DNA from: Macrostomum lignano
Taxonomy: Eukaryota
Reading direction: 5' to 3'
DNA: 64,000 nt
NCBI GenBank assembly: GCA_002269645.1
Contig: NIVC01001803.1
Span: 121,941-185,940, forward strand
The notes under the pieces were generated by a model, which was not told the origin of the DNA, did no database searches, and worked only from the letters and a program-made list of their open reading frames with translations. The position numbers and the translations under genes are program-made. This document shows, piece after piece, positions 49,001 through 59,815 of this stretch (positions within the stretch are counted from its first letter, which is position 1; the number at the start of each line of letters is the position of its first letter).

Positions 49001-51063
49001 TTAGGAAAGACTCGTGGATCAGCGCCAACGTAAGTTTACTTTAATTTTATCTGCTATATGTGCATCGATTTTTGCACTTTTTAATGCTCTCCGCTCTAAA
49101 GACGGTAATGTGTATGCAGCTTGGCGATAGTATGTTGAGTTCAACCGGTGAGTTTGTACTGGTTTTGTAGTGCGCAGAAAGTAAACTTTAAAATATTTGT
49201 CTTTTGCTAAGAGTTAGTAACATATTATACTCATAGATATAACTATATCGTATAGACCTTATGTGGGAACAAGACCAATTTATAAATAAAGGACACTACT
49301 AATACTGTGTCGGACAACACATCAGAATGCATGTCAAATAATTATTGCAATACACGTGTTTGTACAATAAAAAGGCATGTTAGGGATCGTTTCATTGGGC
49401 AGGGATGAAAATTTAACTATCGGCTTCTTATTTTTCAGTCCTCATATCAGAGTCAGCGCATGAATTTCGCTACTCATATTTTACAAGCGTTTACTTCATT
49501 AACCATTAGCGATCCCCTTGCGGAACCCAAAAATTTACAGGTTGTCAACGCTATTATTGCCGCCTTTGCCTCGGAGTGGGATGGATGTATTCCTCTTCTA
49601 AATTACGAAGTTGATCAGTTGCGGCAAGGCGAAGGTGCTATTACGGATGCACTTCTACGTAAGCTAGGCAAGGTAAGGTATTAAACTTGTTTAAGTACGT
49701 CGCACTCCGTACGTAAAGAATTTTAGTATGTCGACACTTGAATTTTAGCTTTTTTAGTTTAAAAATTTTTTAATACTAGAATTTTAGTTTTTACACCAAG
49801 AAAACGATAGGTACCATACACACCGCGTGAAAAAGTACATTCAGCAATTGAGTCACAGAAATCATATAAATTGCTCTTTGCTACACGCGTACCAAATAAA
49901 GGCGATTAGTTATATAACCCAACTTTTTGTCGCCATTGAAGGCTACCACCTCAATGATCGGATTGATTCATCAGAGCCATCACTTCATGCTACTTTACAT
50001 CAACATTTGCGATGGTTTCGTGTCGGTTCTGGATCTGCTGCAATGCTACGAGGACCTCAGCGTCTGCTTCTGCGCCAACCTAAAGTGAGCTGCAATGTTA
50101 TGTACCCATATTTCCCACATTACGCTCGTAATTTCTATAGCCACCAGCACCTTGCCTTTTCGTATTTTTTAAGCAAAATGTTTTAATGTCCTCAAAATTA
50201 ACTCTCCTGTCCAGTTCACTACGGCATGCTTTTCAATGGCGAAGAATGAAGCCTCTGCAGCTGCACCATTCGGTGCAGCAGGACGGCTCCAGCTGCGGCT
50301 TACTGGTTTCGCTTTTTGCGCAACGAATTGTCGCAAGACAATCTTTGCTTGTCTCCACAAGTTCGAAAGCTGTTTTGCAGTACCGCCTCGTCGTCTGGCG
50401 TAATCTACTAAATTTTGCACCAAATTCAGCCGAACTATGTTGGCATTGTGGCGAAGACCAGGTGGCCAAAAATGCCGCGAAATGAAAAAAGCTCGACAGA
50501 TGGGTAAGAAATGAAGTACTGAAATACTAAGTTAAGAAATCGGGCTTTAACCATAATTCATTTCTGATATTCTAACCGCATCACACTACTTCCTACGGAT
50601 ACCTATAGTAATGTTTCGGTTTTGATTTTTTGACAGCAAGTTATGGGAGTGGGGTGAAATAATTTTCTAGCAGGAGTTTTCAGCTTTTAAATCTATGGCA
50701 GCAGAACTAGCTACTACGGGAGGCTACGGGGGTGGAGCTGCAAAAATAGATGCGAAAGGCTAATGGTTAAGCTAAAAAAGCCAAATTTATATCAAAATTT
50801 GTCCTCCCAACTGACAGTAAGACAGGTCAAAGACGATTGACGGCCACAATTTGACCGCCCTTCTATTCAAGGTGAATGGGGTAGCGGTCAAATTTTGTCG
50901 GTTAATTTTTGGTTTCCCCCGTAAAACCAATTTGTATGTACCAAAGGAAAACGTGTTTTTTCAGATAGAGTGCGACGCATGCAATCGGTGGTTTCATCAG
51001 GCATGCGTCCGTGTTACTCAAGTTCCAAAGAATTGGTGCTGCGAATTTTGCCGCAAGGAGTAG
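46095..51063 (+). CDS. NOF-like MULE transposase - acidic repeat - Ulp1 (C48) protease - PHD finger; spliced, with one in-frame TGA at 50483-50485
   Basis: Exons (inferred) 46095-46214, 46390-49029, 49439-49672, 49942-50084, 50215-50503, 50965-51063, phases consistent. CxxxxxC..HxxH N-terminal finger; HLDATG (D), YVSDCS (D), LCTSH (CxxH), TNAPVETWF (E). HHFMLLY..VLD and QQDGSSCG form a C48-type triad. CWHC..W|IECDAC.RWFH.AC..W.CEFC is a PHD. The join across 49030-49438 is uncertain. Confidence 0.8.
48420..48780 (+). repeat. Coding 60-bp repeat (EAEDKQDSDDDGNEEDVDGD x6)
   Basis: Translation of ORF 46438..49044. Confidence 0.95.
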
Positions 51064-52117
51064 CTAGCCGCGTAACAACTGCAAGCATGCCTATATTTCT
51101 TTAAACTTACTTGAATTGTGTAATTATACAATTATGCCATTATCGTCAAATGTCATTCAGAAAGTCTAGAAAATTAAGACTTCTTAGAACAAAGAACTAA
51201 GAACAAAAGAAAAGTAAAAGGTATTGTAGCACGATATACGTACAGCTGTAAAATGTGAAAAAGCGTGCATTGAACGCAAAAGCGTGCTAAAATGGCTCGT
51301 GATTGCGTATTATTGCAAACTGTGTCATTCAATTAATGCATGAGAAATACCGGGTGGCGCATAAGTATACACCACGACATGGACTAAAGTTTAAATGGGG
51401 ATTACTACTACTCAATACTTGGTTTCCTAGCTTATGTTTGGTACTCAAAACCGCCAAAGTATTGAAAATAAATATCCATCCACCAAATCCTACATGTATA
51501 TCTAAAATGGTTTGTCGGTATTTATACTATCTATCTATAAATGCCGGTTCTCTCAATTCAACTTATTAACTGCTCTGTTTCTTTGATTTAAATTTGCTCA
51601 TTTGTGTATTTTGTTTTCATTTTTCGCCAGTTAATTAACCTATGTGGGTTTTTAAACATTAGTATGTTTTGTTCAAGTTTTTTAACCATTACATTAGTTT
51701 TTTTATTCACATGGTGTTAGGACTTATTAAAATTTATTAAAGCGTAAACTTCTTTCAGCATCAAAGACCACTTTATTTTGCGTCCTGTAGTGACCTTGTA
51801 CATGTATGATGTGATTCTTTCATTAATATATGTTGATAAGTAGTCACTCTTCTCTTCTTTTTCTCTAACCTCTCCGCGACCCCGCCTCTGTGCATGCAAC
51901 TCTGAACTCAACTTACAACTCTGCAACTACAGTTACTCTGTTGCAGTCAATTTATATAATTTTACGAATGGCATGTACTCGCAATCCAGGAAAATATAAC
52001 GACAAGCTAATGTACATGTAGGCTTTCGCTTTACATTTAAAATGTATAAAAAATTGAAAAATTACTTGTAAATTTTATACAGAACATCGTGGAAAAATGC
52101 TTATAGTAACATGCGAA

Positions 52118-52340
52118 ATAAAGTGCGGAATAACGTGCGGAATAACTTACGGAATAACGTGCGGAATAACTTGCGGAATAACATGCGGAATAACGTGCGG
52201 AATAACTTGCGGAATAACATGCGGAATAACGTGCGGAATAACTTACGGAATAACATGCGAAGTACCGTGCGGAATTACGTACGGAAAAACATGCGGAGTA
52301 CCGTGCGGAATAACGTATGGAATAACATGCGGCGTAAGTT
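52118..52340 (-). repeat. Right foldback arm: 12-bp array (cgtgcggaataa)
   Basis: Reverse complement of the left-arm unit. Confidence 0.95.
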
Positions 52341-55137
52341 ATTCACGTCTGTTTTTTACCTAAGCAGTTGAAAAGCTGCTTAATGAGTTAAAAATTAAAA
52401 TTAAAATTAAATTAAATCTCTACTCAAATTATTTTCAAAGTAAATAAGATTTTATTTACTTTGAAAATTCTGCCCATGATATGCCCCTTGGACTGTATAG
52501 TAAACATTTGTTCACTTATCTCTTATAAAAGTTGTTTTGTGACTAAAAAGACAGTAGACCTGAAGATGGCCCTAGCCTAGTTGGACCAAAACATGTCAAA
52601 AGAATAGCATTATAATATAATCTATGTTGATTTTCACTTTTATATTTCTTTGCCTTCTAAAGCATGCCACCTTACCTGAATAAAAGCACAATTTACGTGG
52701 TACCATGCGAATATTGAGTGCCCCAATTCTAATATTAAATAAATAGGCCCTAAAGATTTAGACACCCAACAAAACAAAAGGTAAAAGCAGAGCAGCAATT
52801 GCACATTAGACTAGATTTCATTATTCTAAGTAGCTATTGACCTACTGGTTTAAATAAAACGAAAATTAAATTCATCTTAGCCATATAAATATCATGTTAG
52901 GCCAGGCCAGCTAGGCCAGAGAACTTCATTTTTCATTCTAAGTAAAACTATCACAAAATGCTAGATTTAACTGAATTTTAATTAAAATGATGGCTCAGTA
53001 CTGGCATAAAGTTTGTCGGTTACTTGACACTTGTAAAAATTGCTTAACATAAATTATACAATTATTAGTCCAACTTTAAGTGTAATGTGTAACATGCAGC
53101 GCCCTGCCTCAATCTGTGTGTGTCTCTATTTTATAATAAGAATACTTTGAAGTTCATGGAAAAAAATTACTTTTTCAAATTTAAATATAAAACATAAAAA
53201 TGGTAAGCGTCTAAACAAAGCTACGTAGAGTTAAAAGCGGCTTTAAGCTAATCGCATGTTTTTGTGGTGATAGCAAAGTTTAAAAAAACATTTTTAACTT
53301 TTTATATGGCATTTAATATAAACAAATACATGAAATGAAAAGTTGTGACGCAGCGGTAGAAACCGGTAGATAGCATTTTTTGTTGTCAAGATATTAACGA
53401 AATGCTTGATTAGACCCTGTTAATCATCTCAACCACTCTTGTCTGGCGAGTTTGATATGTTATGATTTGTATGACTATACACATATTTTTATACGTTGGT
53501 TTTGTCTTTAATTCTTTTAAACTATTGTAGGCTGTTCGTGTTAGGCCTAGTTAGTTCTACTAGGGGCCTACGCCGCCTACTGTCAGTGTCAAGTGTCAAG
53601 GCCTCATTGACTAGGCCCTAGGGGCGATCAGGCAAACTAGGGCCTATACCGCTAATCAGAGACAGGCTCTAGATACGCATTTTAATACATATACACATAC
53701 AGCATAACAACAACTATATTATGCTGATTAGCATACATAGGCCTACTTATACCTACAGTATACTATATTACTATATCAAAACATGCTAATATGGGTAGGC
53801 CTACAACTATTACTATATACGCCTAACAAAACATAAAACAGCCTAATCGACCATAGATTAAAAAAACAATACCATGACCATGATTTTGAGATAGGCTACA
53901 CTAGGCCTATTAGTATTAGACTAAATTTGCATTTAATTAATTACAAATAAATAGGCCTAGCCTAGGCCATATGAAATTCTATTGGCTTAGCTATATCTAA
54001 AATTAGGCTATTATTAAGCTATTATTATCAAAATTTATATATTAGGCCTACTTTATAGTCACTTTCTTATGATATCTTATGGGAGCTTCTGCTGGGCATC
54101 ATGGGCGGCAAGAGCTTGCTTGTGGCACTAGGGGCATATCCTTATGCCCCCCTCTCCCAGAAAATGAGTCCACAGACCACATGTTAATTTTTAGTGCTTT
54201 TTCTGATTTTAGGCCCTTATTAGCAGCCTATAAAGGTACCTGTGCCCCCCTTGCCCTGTCTGTACCCAGTGCCCCTCCCCCTAAAATATTAGGCTCTGCT
54301 ACCTCTGCTAGGTAGGCCTATATCAATTGAAGGCTGAAGCTAATCTGGCAATGGTAATAGTATCTTACCTATGGTCTCATAGGTCCTAGTTGATTATAGA
54401 AGAAACAATGGCCAGGTTTTGGTTCAAGCCTACTTATTGAATCTATGTCTTTTTAAATTTGGTTTGGCATTAGCTACAATGTTTACTTCTACTAATCTCG
54501 CTTGGTCTCTAGGCTTTAGGCTTATATTTGTAAAGATTATTATCAAAACAAAGACAAAATGACTAGGCACTCTAAGTCTAATAATATTTTTACTTTTAGC
54601 TTTTATTCATATCTTTTGTTTCTGTGCTTTATTCACTTTGTACTCATTTGATACTTCTTTGTCAAATATATTAATATTAAAAGTTATTTTTTCTATTGTT
54701 CATTCTATGCTTACTCTCTTTTAGAATATTTAAATTTGTAAATGTTGTATTAATGGTATGCTAGCTCTTGTGCTAGAAAAGAAATAATCAGCCTTTGGGG
54801 CTACAACTTACTTATCTATATATTTGAGCATAGCTAAGCCATAGATATAAAATAAGCATTTGCATTTGCATTTGTTAAGAATACAATAGTAAATAGTTCT
54901 TTTTTATATTCTTTTTTAATTCACTAAGCTTTTTGCTCTTGAATTGCTGTTCAAGCCCCTATTAGATTAGTGGGCAAAGGTATCTGACTATCCATCATAA
55001 TTTTAATATTCTAGTGTCACAACTAGAGTCAAAGTAGATACTATTGCAATGAAGTAATACATTTTGGCCCTGAAAGTTTTAATCTAGTTCAAATGTACTT
55101 CCAACTAATGAATGCACTCCAACTAGCAAAAGCTAAA

Positions 55138-55923
55138 GGCTCATTCCATATAAGATAGACATATTTGGAAAATAGAAAAAAGTCAATATTTTTGCTTGCC
55201 ATTGCCTAATTAGCCTATTTTTTTACCAAATTTTTATATTGTGCAATATATACAATCTAAGAATAAAGGAATGGTAAAATGTTGGATTAGTATGTTATCA
55301 ATTGGCAAAAAGTCATTTTTGTAAAAATTTGGACATTTTTCGAAGCAAAAGACATCATTAAGATTTTGTACCTTTTAAAAACAAATAGAAAGCTTTTGAA
55401 GATTGAAACAAACTATAGATAAAAGTATAGTACTTGCATCATCAGATAAAAGCATTGGTGACCAAATAATCTATTATATTTTTAATGTATTAGTACCTCA
55501 AAGTTACTGAATTGACAGAAAAAAATATGTTACGACCATAATGTTATGACCATAAGGCTGCCTTTTCTTTTGTATCTTTGTTGCCTTTTGAGTTTATATA
55601 TTCTAATAAAAGAGTATGATTTCTAAAGATGTTCTTAGTCAAATTTTAAAAATGTATTGAAAAATATCAAAAATGAAAAATGTTATAAGACTTTTACCTT
55701 TTAGTTTCTATATGTCAAAAATCCTGTCGTTACGACCATAAGTGTCATTTAAGGTTTAATAGCATCTATACTAATGATGATATCTATATGAAACTCTATA
55801 AATATATTCTAGACAAAATAAACTTTCATTTAAAATATTGGTTTAGTATATTGTATTATTAGATTTCATTTTATAAGTAAAAATAACCTGTCATGTTACG
55901 ACCATGCTTATATGGAATGAGCC
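55138..55923. mobile_element. MITE, 786 bp, 17-bp perfect TIR, 4-bp TAAA flanking duplication
   Basis: GGCTCATTCCATATAAG (55138-55154) and CTTATATGGAATGAGCC (55907-55923). taaa at 55134-55137 and 55924-55927. Internal gttacgaccat motif recurs 3-4 times. Confidence 0.8.
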
Positions 55924-55980
55924 TAAAGACACAACCATAGTCTTAGCTATGCATGCGCAACCATTGGAATCACTTGGTCA

Positions 55981-56082
55981 TTTCTATTAGCAATATACAC
56001 ATATAAGTTGCTATTGGCTAAGAGCAGTCATATGACTACTATTCCATCCAATAGTGACTTATATGTGTATTGCCAATAGAAA
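55981..56082. repeat. ~100-bp imperfect palindrome
   Basis: 55981-56017 is the reverse complement of 56048-56082 with few differences; central agtcatatgact is itself palindromic. Confidence 0.85.
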
Positions 56083-58449
56083 CAGCCAGGTAAATCCTTA
56101 GGTTGCTCCCAAGCATGGTCTCAGCCAATGAAAAGTATTTATTAAGTAGGGTTTCTATATTTACTCTAATAGGGGTTCAAGCAAAATGAGCCAGTTTTGA
56201 ATGTCTTCTCTAGGAGTGTATTTTTCAAATTTCTCATCCCCTTTTGTCAATTTCTTTTAGCAAGTTTGCAATTATTATGCTGGCTTCTACCTCAATAGGT
56301 ATACTTGTTTTATCTTTTGCAAGCCTATTAAATGCCACTAAGTTGTACAAGTGCTTAGGTAATAAGATAGGTTCAGGTTGATTGCATATACAGTGATTAT
56401 ACAGTTGCACTACTTATGCTATAATAGAAAAAATTGAAAACTAAGAATTGATATTTTGTTTCTCTACTCTTCTTTTCTATTACAAATAGCATAGCATAGC
56501 TAAATAGCATAATTTACTTCAATGTATAACAATGTCAAGTTTTTGTGTACCATGACAATAAGAAGAATAAAAAGATTGTAGCAACCATATAGCAAGTCTA
56601 TAAGAAGTGAACCAGCTATCTGTGAAAACATGATAGCCTAGGCAAAGAAAAATATGGCAAAGCTAAGCTATGCCACAACCTTCATTTGTAGACAAATTTT
56701 GATAGCCCAGTCTATCATCAAACAATTGGTTGGCTTCAATTGATATGAGAATCTGAAATTTCCATAGGTAGGTCAATAAGACTAGACAAGACTTGAAATC
56801 TCTAGCTATTGGCTATACAGTTTAGCTTTTCACTTGTGCACTTCTTGCTAAGCCTTGTTGTCTTCTTAGAGACAGATTCAAGTAGAGCTTAATCTTATTT
56901 GCATCTTGATGATTGCATTCAGGCTCTGGATAAGGGATCCCTTGGCTAAGATATAGGCTTTATAAGTAGTTATATACCAATAAGTCTTATGCTATACAAA
57001 GGAAGACTGCTGTTCATGCAATATATCCTAATGAAGAGGAACAAGTATAGAATCCAGATGCACTGTCTCTGCAACTCCAACATAGCAAAATAATTCCAAT
57101 CAGTTTTCCCATATTAACTATGTATTCCTAGTTCAGCACATATGTTGGACTATTCTGCTTGATACAATTACTTTTCTTTCTGTTCACAATCTTAGGATGT
57201 TGCAAATTGGGTCTAACTTTTGATACGCAAGAGAAACTCAGACAGGTACTAGCCTGACATCAGTGATATCTTCAACAAGATGCCATAGTTCTCATATCTT
57301 ATCACTGTTCTTTTTCCTGGTCACTGGGAATGTTCAACTTTAGATCCATCAATTTGCTCATTAACTGCAGTGAACCAGCTTATATCTAATTCTCTATTAA
57401 GATCTAATGTGGAGCTAACTGCTATCTAGAATGGGAGAAAAGTAAAAATTCTATATATAATACATTCACTTGGCAAAAGGTGTGACAGTTTTTTGGTTTG
57501 TTGCATAGATGTTAAAATGGTTCTTGTTATAAAACTTTACAAAGCAGTAGTTATATTGGAATTTAAAGAAATAGGAATTAGTACTATTTTTACCTAATTT
57601 TGGATTGTTATATATAATCCCTGAAATTATATGTGACTAGGTTTTGATTTAAGAATTCTATTCAGTTCTTCAAATTATTCAAAACAATCTAAAAATTCTT
57701 CAATTTATTGTCAAATTCCTAAAAAAATAAATCTTTTTATGACTTACTCTTTGTCTATTACAATTATATTAGCTGGATTTGCTAGGTCTGCTAGTAGTCA
57801 TGCATATATGTTGAAGATATTATTACCTACTTTGCCAATTGACTTGCTGCAACATTGTCACTTGCACTAGCAAGATAAATCATAAATAAACTAAAAGTCA
57901 TAAAATTTGTGGCTTACCCTGATCTACCACAATCATGCTAGTTAGTTTGGCTTGTCAAATAGCAGTTGTGCCTATATGTTGAAATTAGTTTTTTTATTTT
58001 AGTTTCTATAGGCCTTAGCAATGCATAGAAATGTATTCACATAGCTTAAGCTTATTTGCTGTATAATTATTCCCTTATTGGCTGGCAGTTTACAGAATTG
58101 TAAGGTACATTATTACCCTAGGTAATGTAGCTTGTATTCTTACTGCATGTCTTGGTCTTCAGCTAATATAAAAATCATTTTAAAATTGTCCTGACATGTA
58201 TCTCAACTTCACGTTGGCATTATTTAAAAGTATTAATATTGATCTCATACTCTCATTAATTCTCAAATTTGAATAAAATTTATACTTTGTGTCTGCAGAC
58301 CAATTTTAAACTTGGATTGGATTGATTGATGCCGGTTTTGAATTTAGCTATGTAGCTGGCATGCTATACAGAGCGGAAAGCTCTCAGTGCTACTGGATAT
58401 TGAAGGCTTTGAACTTTGAAACCTTAAAAATGTATGTACCTTGCAGGCC

Positions 58450-59468
58450 ATGCGGCGGAAGCCAGTCATCTCGCTGCGCGGCCCCGTGCCGCGGCCGCCG
58501 CCGTCTCCGCCATCGCCGCTGGAGGAGCAGCCGCAGGACCAGCAGCAGCAGCCGCCGTCCCGATCCATCAGCCTTTTGCCGCGGCATTATGAAGCTAAAA
58601 AAGACACAGAGGCAAAATTTGATATCAGACACAGCAGTCTGCTGCTGCTCAGAGGCGGAGACAACGAGCTCAAGGACATCGACCAGGAGGACGAGGACGA
58701 TGATGAGGCCGACATTGACACGGGCGCCAGTGGCGGCGGCTGCTCCCTGGCGCCGCTCGACTTGTCAATCAAAGACGGCGCCGCGGGAAAAGGGTTTGCA
58801 TCGCCTCAGCCGGAGCCGCTGAGACCTTCACCATCCGCTGCCGGTGCCAGCGGAGCTTCTGCGGCCGCCACCCGCCTGGCCTGCACCGCCTGCGACCGAG
58901 AGTTCTTTGACCGGTCTACCCTGAACCGGCACGTGCGCACCGTGCACTCCGGCTGCAAGCCGCACCGCTGCGAACTCTGCGGCAAAGGCTTTGCTAGGGC
59001 AGATTATCTCAGGAAGCACTACACCACTCATGCGGCCGGCCAGGGCCTGACTGCGCAACGTGAGTTATTCTGTATTCTAGTTTCATTGACTGAAGCAGAT
59101 GCGCTTTGAGACGCAACTCGGTGATTGTACAGCGACTCTGACACGCCTCAACTATGTATTTTCATCGCGTGTATGATTTTTAGGCATTGTTTCTACCACT
59201 ACTTCTTTATATTTCTACTATAAGTAGCGCGATCAGGGCCTGAAACAGATGCATTTTTGTCGTTCGCATTTTAGCCGCAATTCAGCTGACGCCTCCGCCG
59301 CCGCCTCTGCATTCGCCAGCGGTTGCTCATCAGCAGCCTCAAAATCGGCAGCAGCAGCAGCAGCCACCGCCACCGCCGCCACTCAGCCCAGAAGTTGCTA
59401 ACGCATTGAAAGCGATCTGGTTGCAGCACAAGCTGTTGACTGCCGGTCCCAGTGCGCCACAATTGTAG
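58450..59468 (+). CDS. C2H2 zinc-finger protein (2 fingers) with PLDLS CtBP-binding motif, ~267 aa
   Basis: Exons 58450-59059 and 59275-59468 (phase-1 GT-AG intron, in frame to TAG). CTACDREF..RSTLNRHVRTVH-SGCKPHR-CELCGKGFARADYLRKHYTTH; APLDLS. Acceptor-like ccttgcag 3 nt before the ATG. Confidence 0.88.
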
Positions 59469-59562
59469 CTGTAGCCTGATGGAATGGAAATTGTAGTCTG
59501 TCAGATTGTCTACTCAGTCTGGGATTGCAGGCCTGTAGTTTCTGTTTGTCATTTTGTTTTTC

Positions 59563-59815
59563 TTCCTCAGTCCTTTGATCTGTGCCGCCAAGTCTAACCT
59601 TCCTCAGTCCTTTGATCTGTGCCGCCAAGTCTACCCTTAGTCCTTTGATCTTTGCCGGCAAGTCTAACCTTCCTCAGTCCTTTGATCTGTGCCGCCAAGT
59701 CCAACCTTCCTCAGTCCTTTGATCTGTGCCGCCAAGTCCACCCTTCCTCAGTCCTTTGATCTGTGCCGGCAAGTCCACCCTTCCTCAGTCCTTTGATCTG
59801 TGCCGCCAAGTCCCA
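59563..59815. repeat. 37-bp repeat (cctcagtcctttgatctgtgccgccaagtctaacctt), ~7 copies, in the probable 3' UTR
   Basis: Direct reading. Confidence 0.92.

Larger units (their letters stand above)
43627..52348 (+). mobile_element. Foldback/NOF-type Mutator (MULE) transposon, ~8.7 kb
   Basis: Duplicated CTGTTTTTT at 43617-43625 and 52349-52357 (one extra T on the left). Ends align as inverted repeats (ATGAGTGTAACATACACCGCACGTTATT vs ACGTGAATAACTTACGCCGCATGTTATT). Both arms are inverted arrays of ttattccgcacg. Central DDE transposase. Confidence 0.9.

Noticed and set aside
49102-49147. Extra 46-nt exon in the transposase-Ulp1 join
   Set aside because: It has plausible AG/GT sites but ends in phase 1, and I found no phase-matching downstream acceptor.
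54060-54312. Remnant of a CAGGG/CCCCC-type MITE end
   Set aside because: Only a 3'-like C-rich tail is visible; no partner terminus or TSD.
40241-56175. Degenerate inverted match (ccctattggaataaatgttgaaa vs ccctattagagtaaatatagaaa) as ends of one 16-kb element
   Set aside because: About 20/26 identity in AT-rich DNA, no TSD found, and the termini are not hAT-like; insufficient support.
56400-57430. Possible decayed minus-strand coding or transposase remnant
   Set aside because: All frames are heavily interrupted and no motif could be named.
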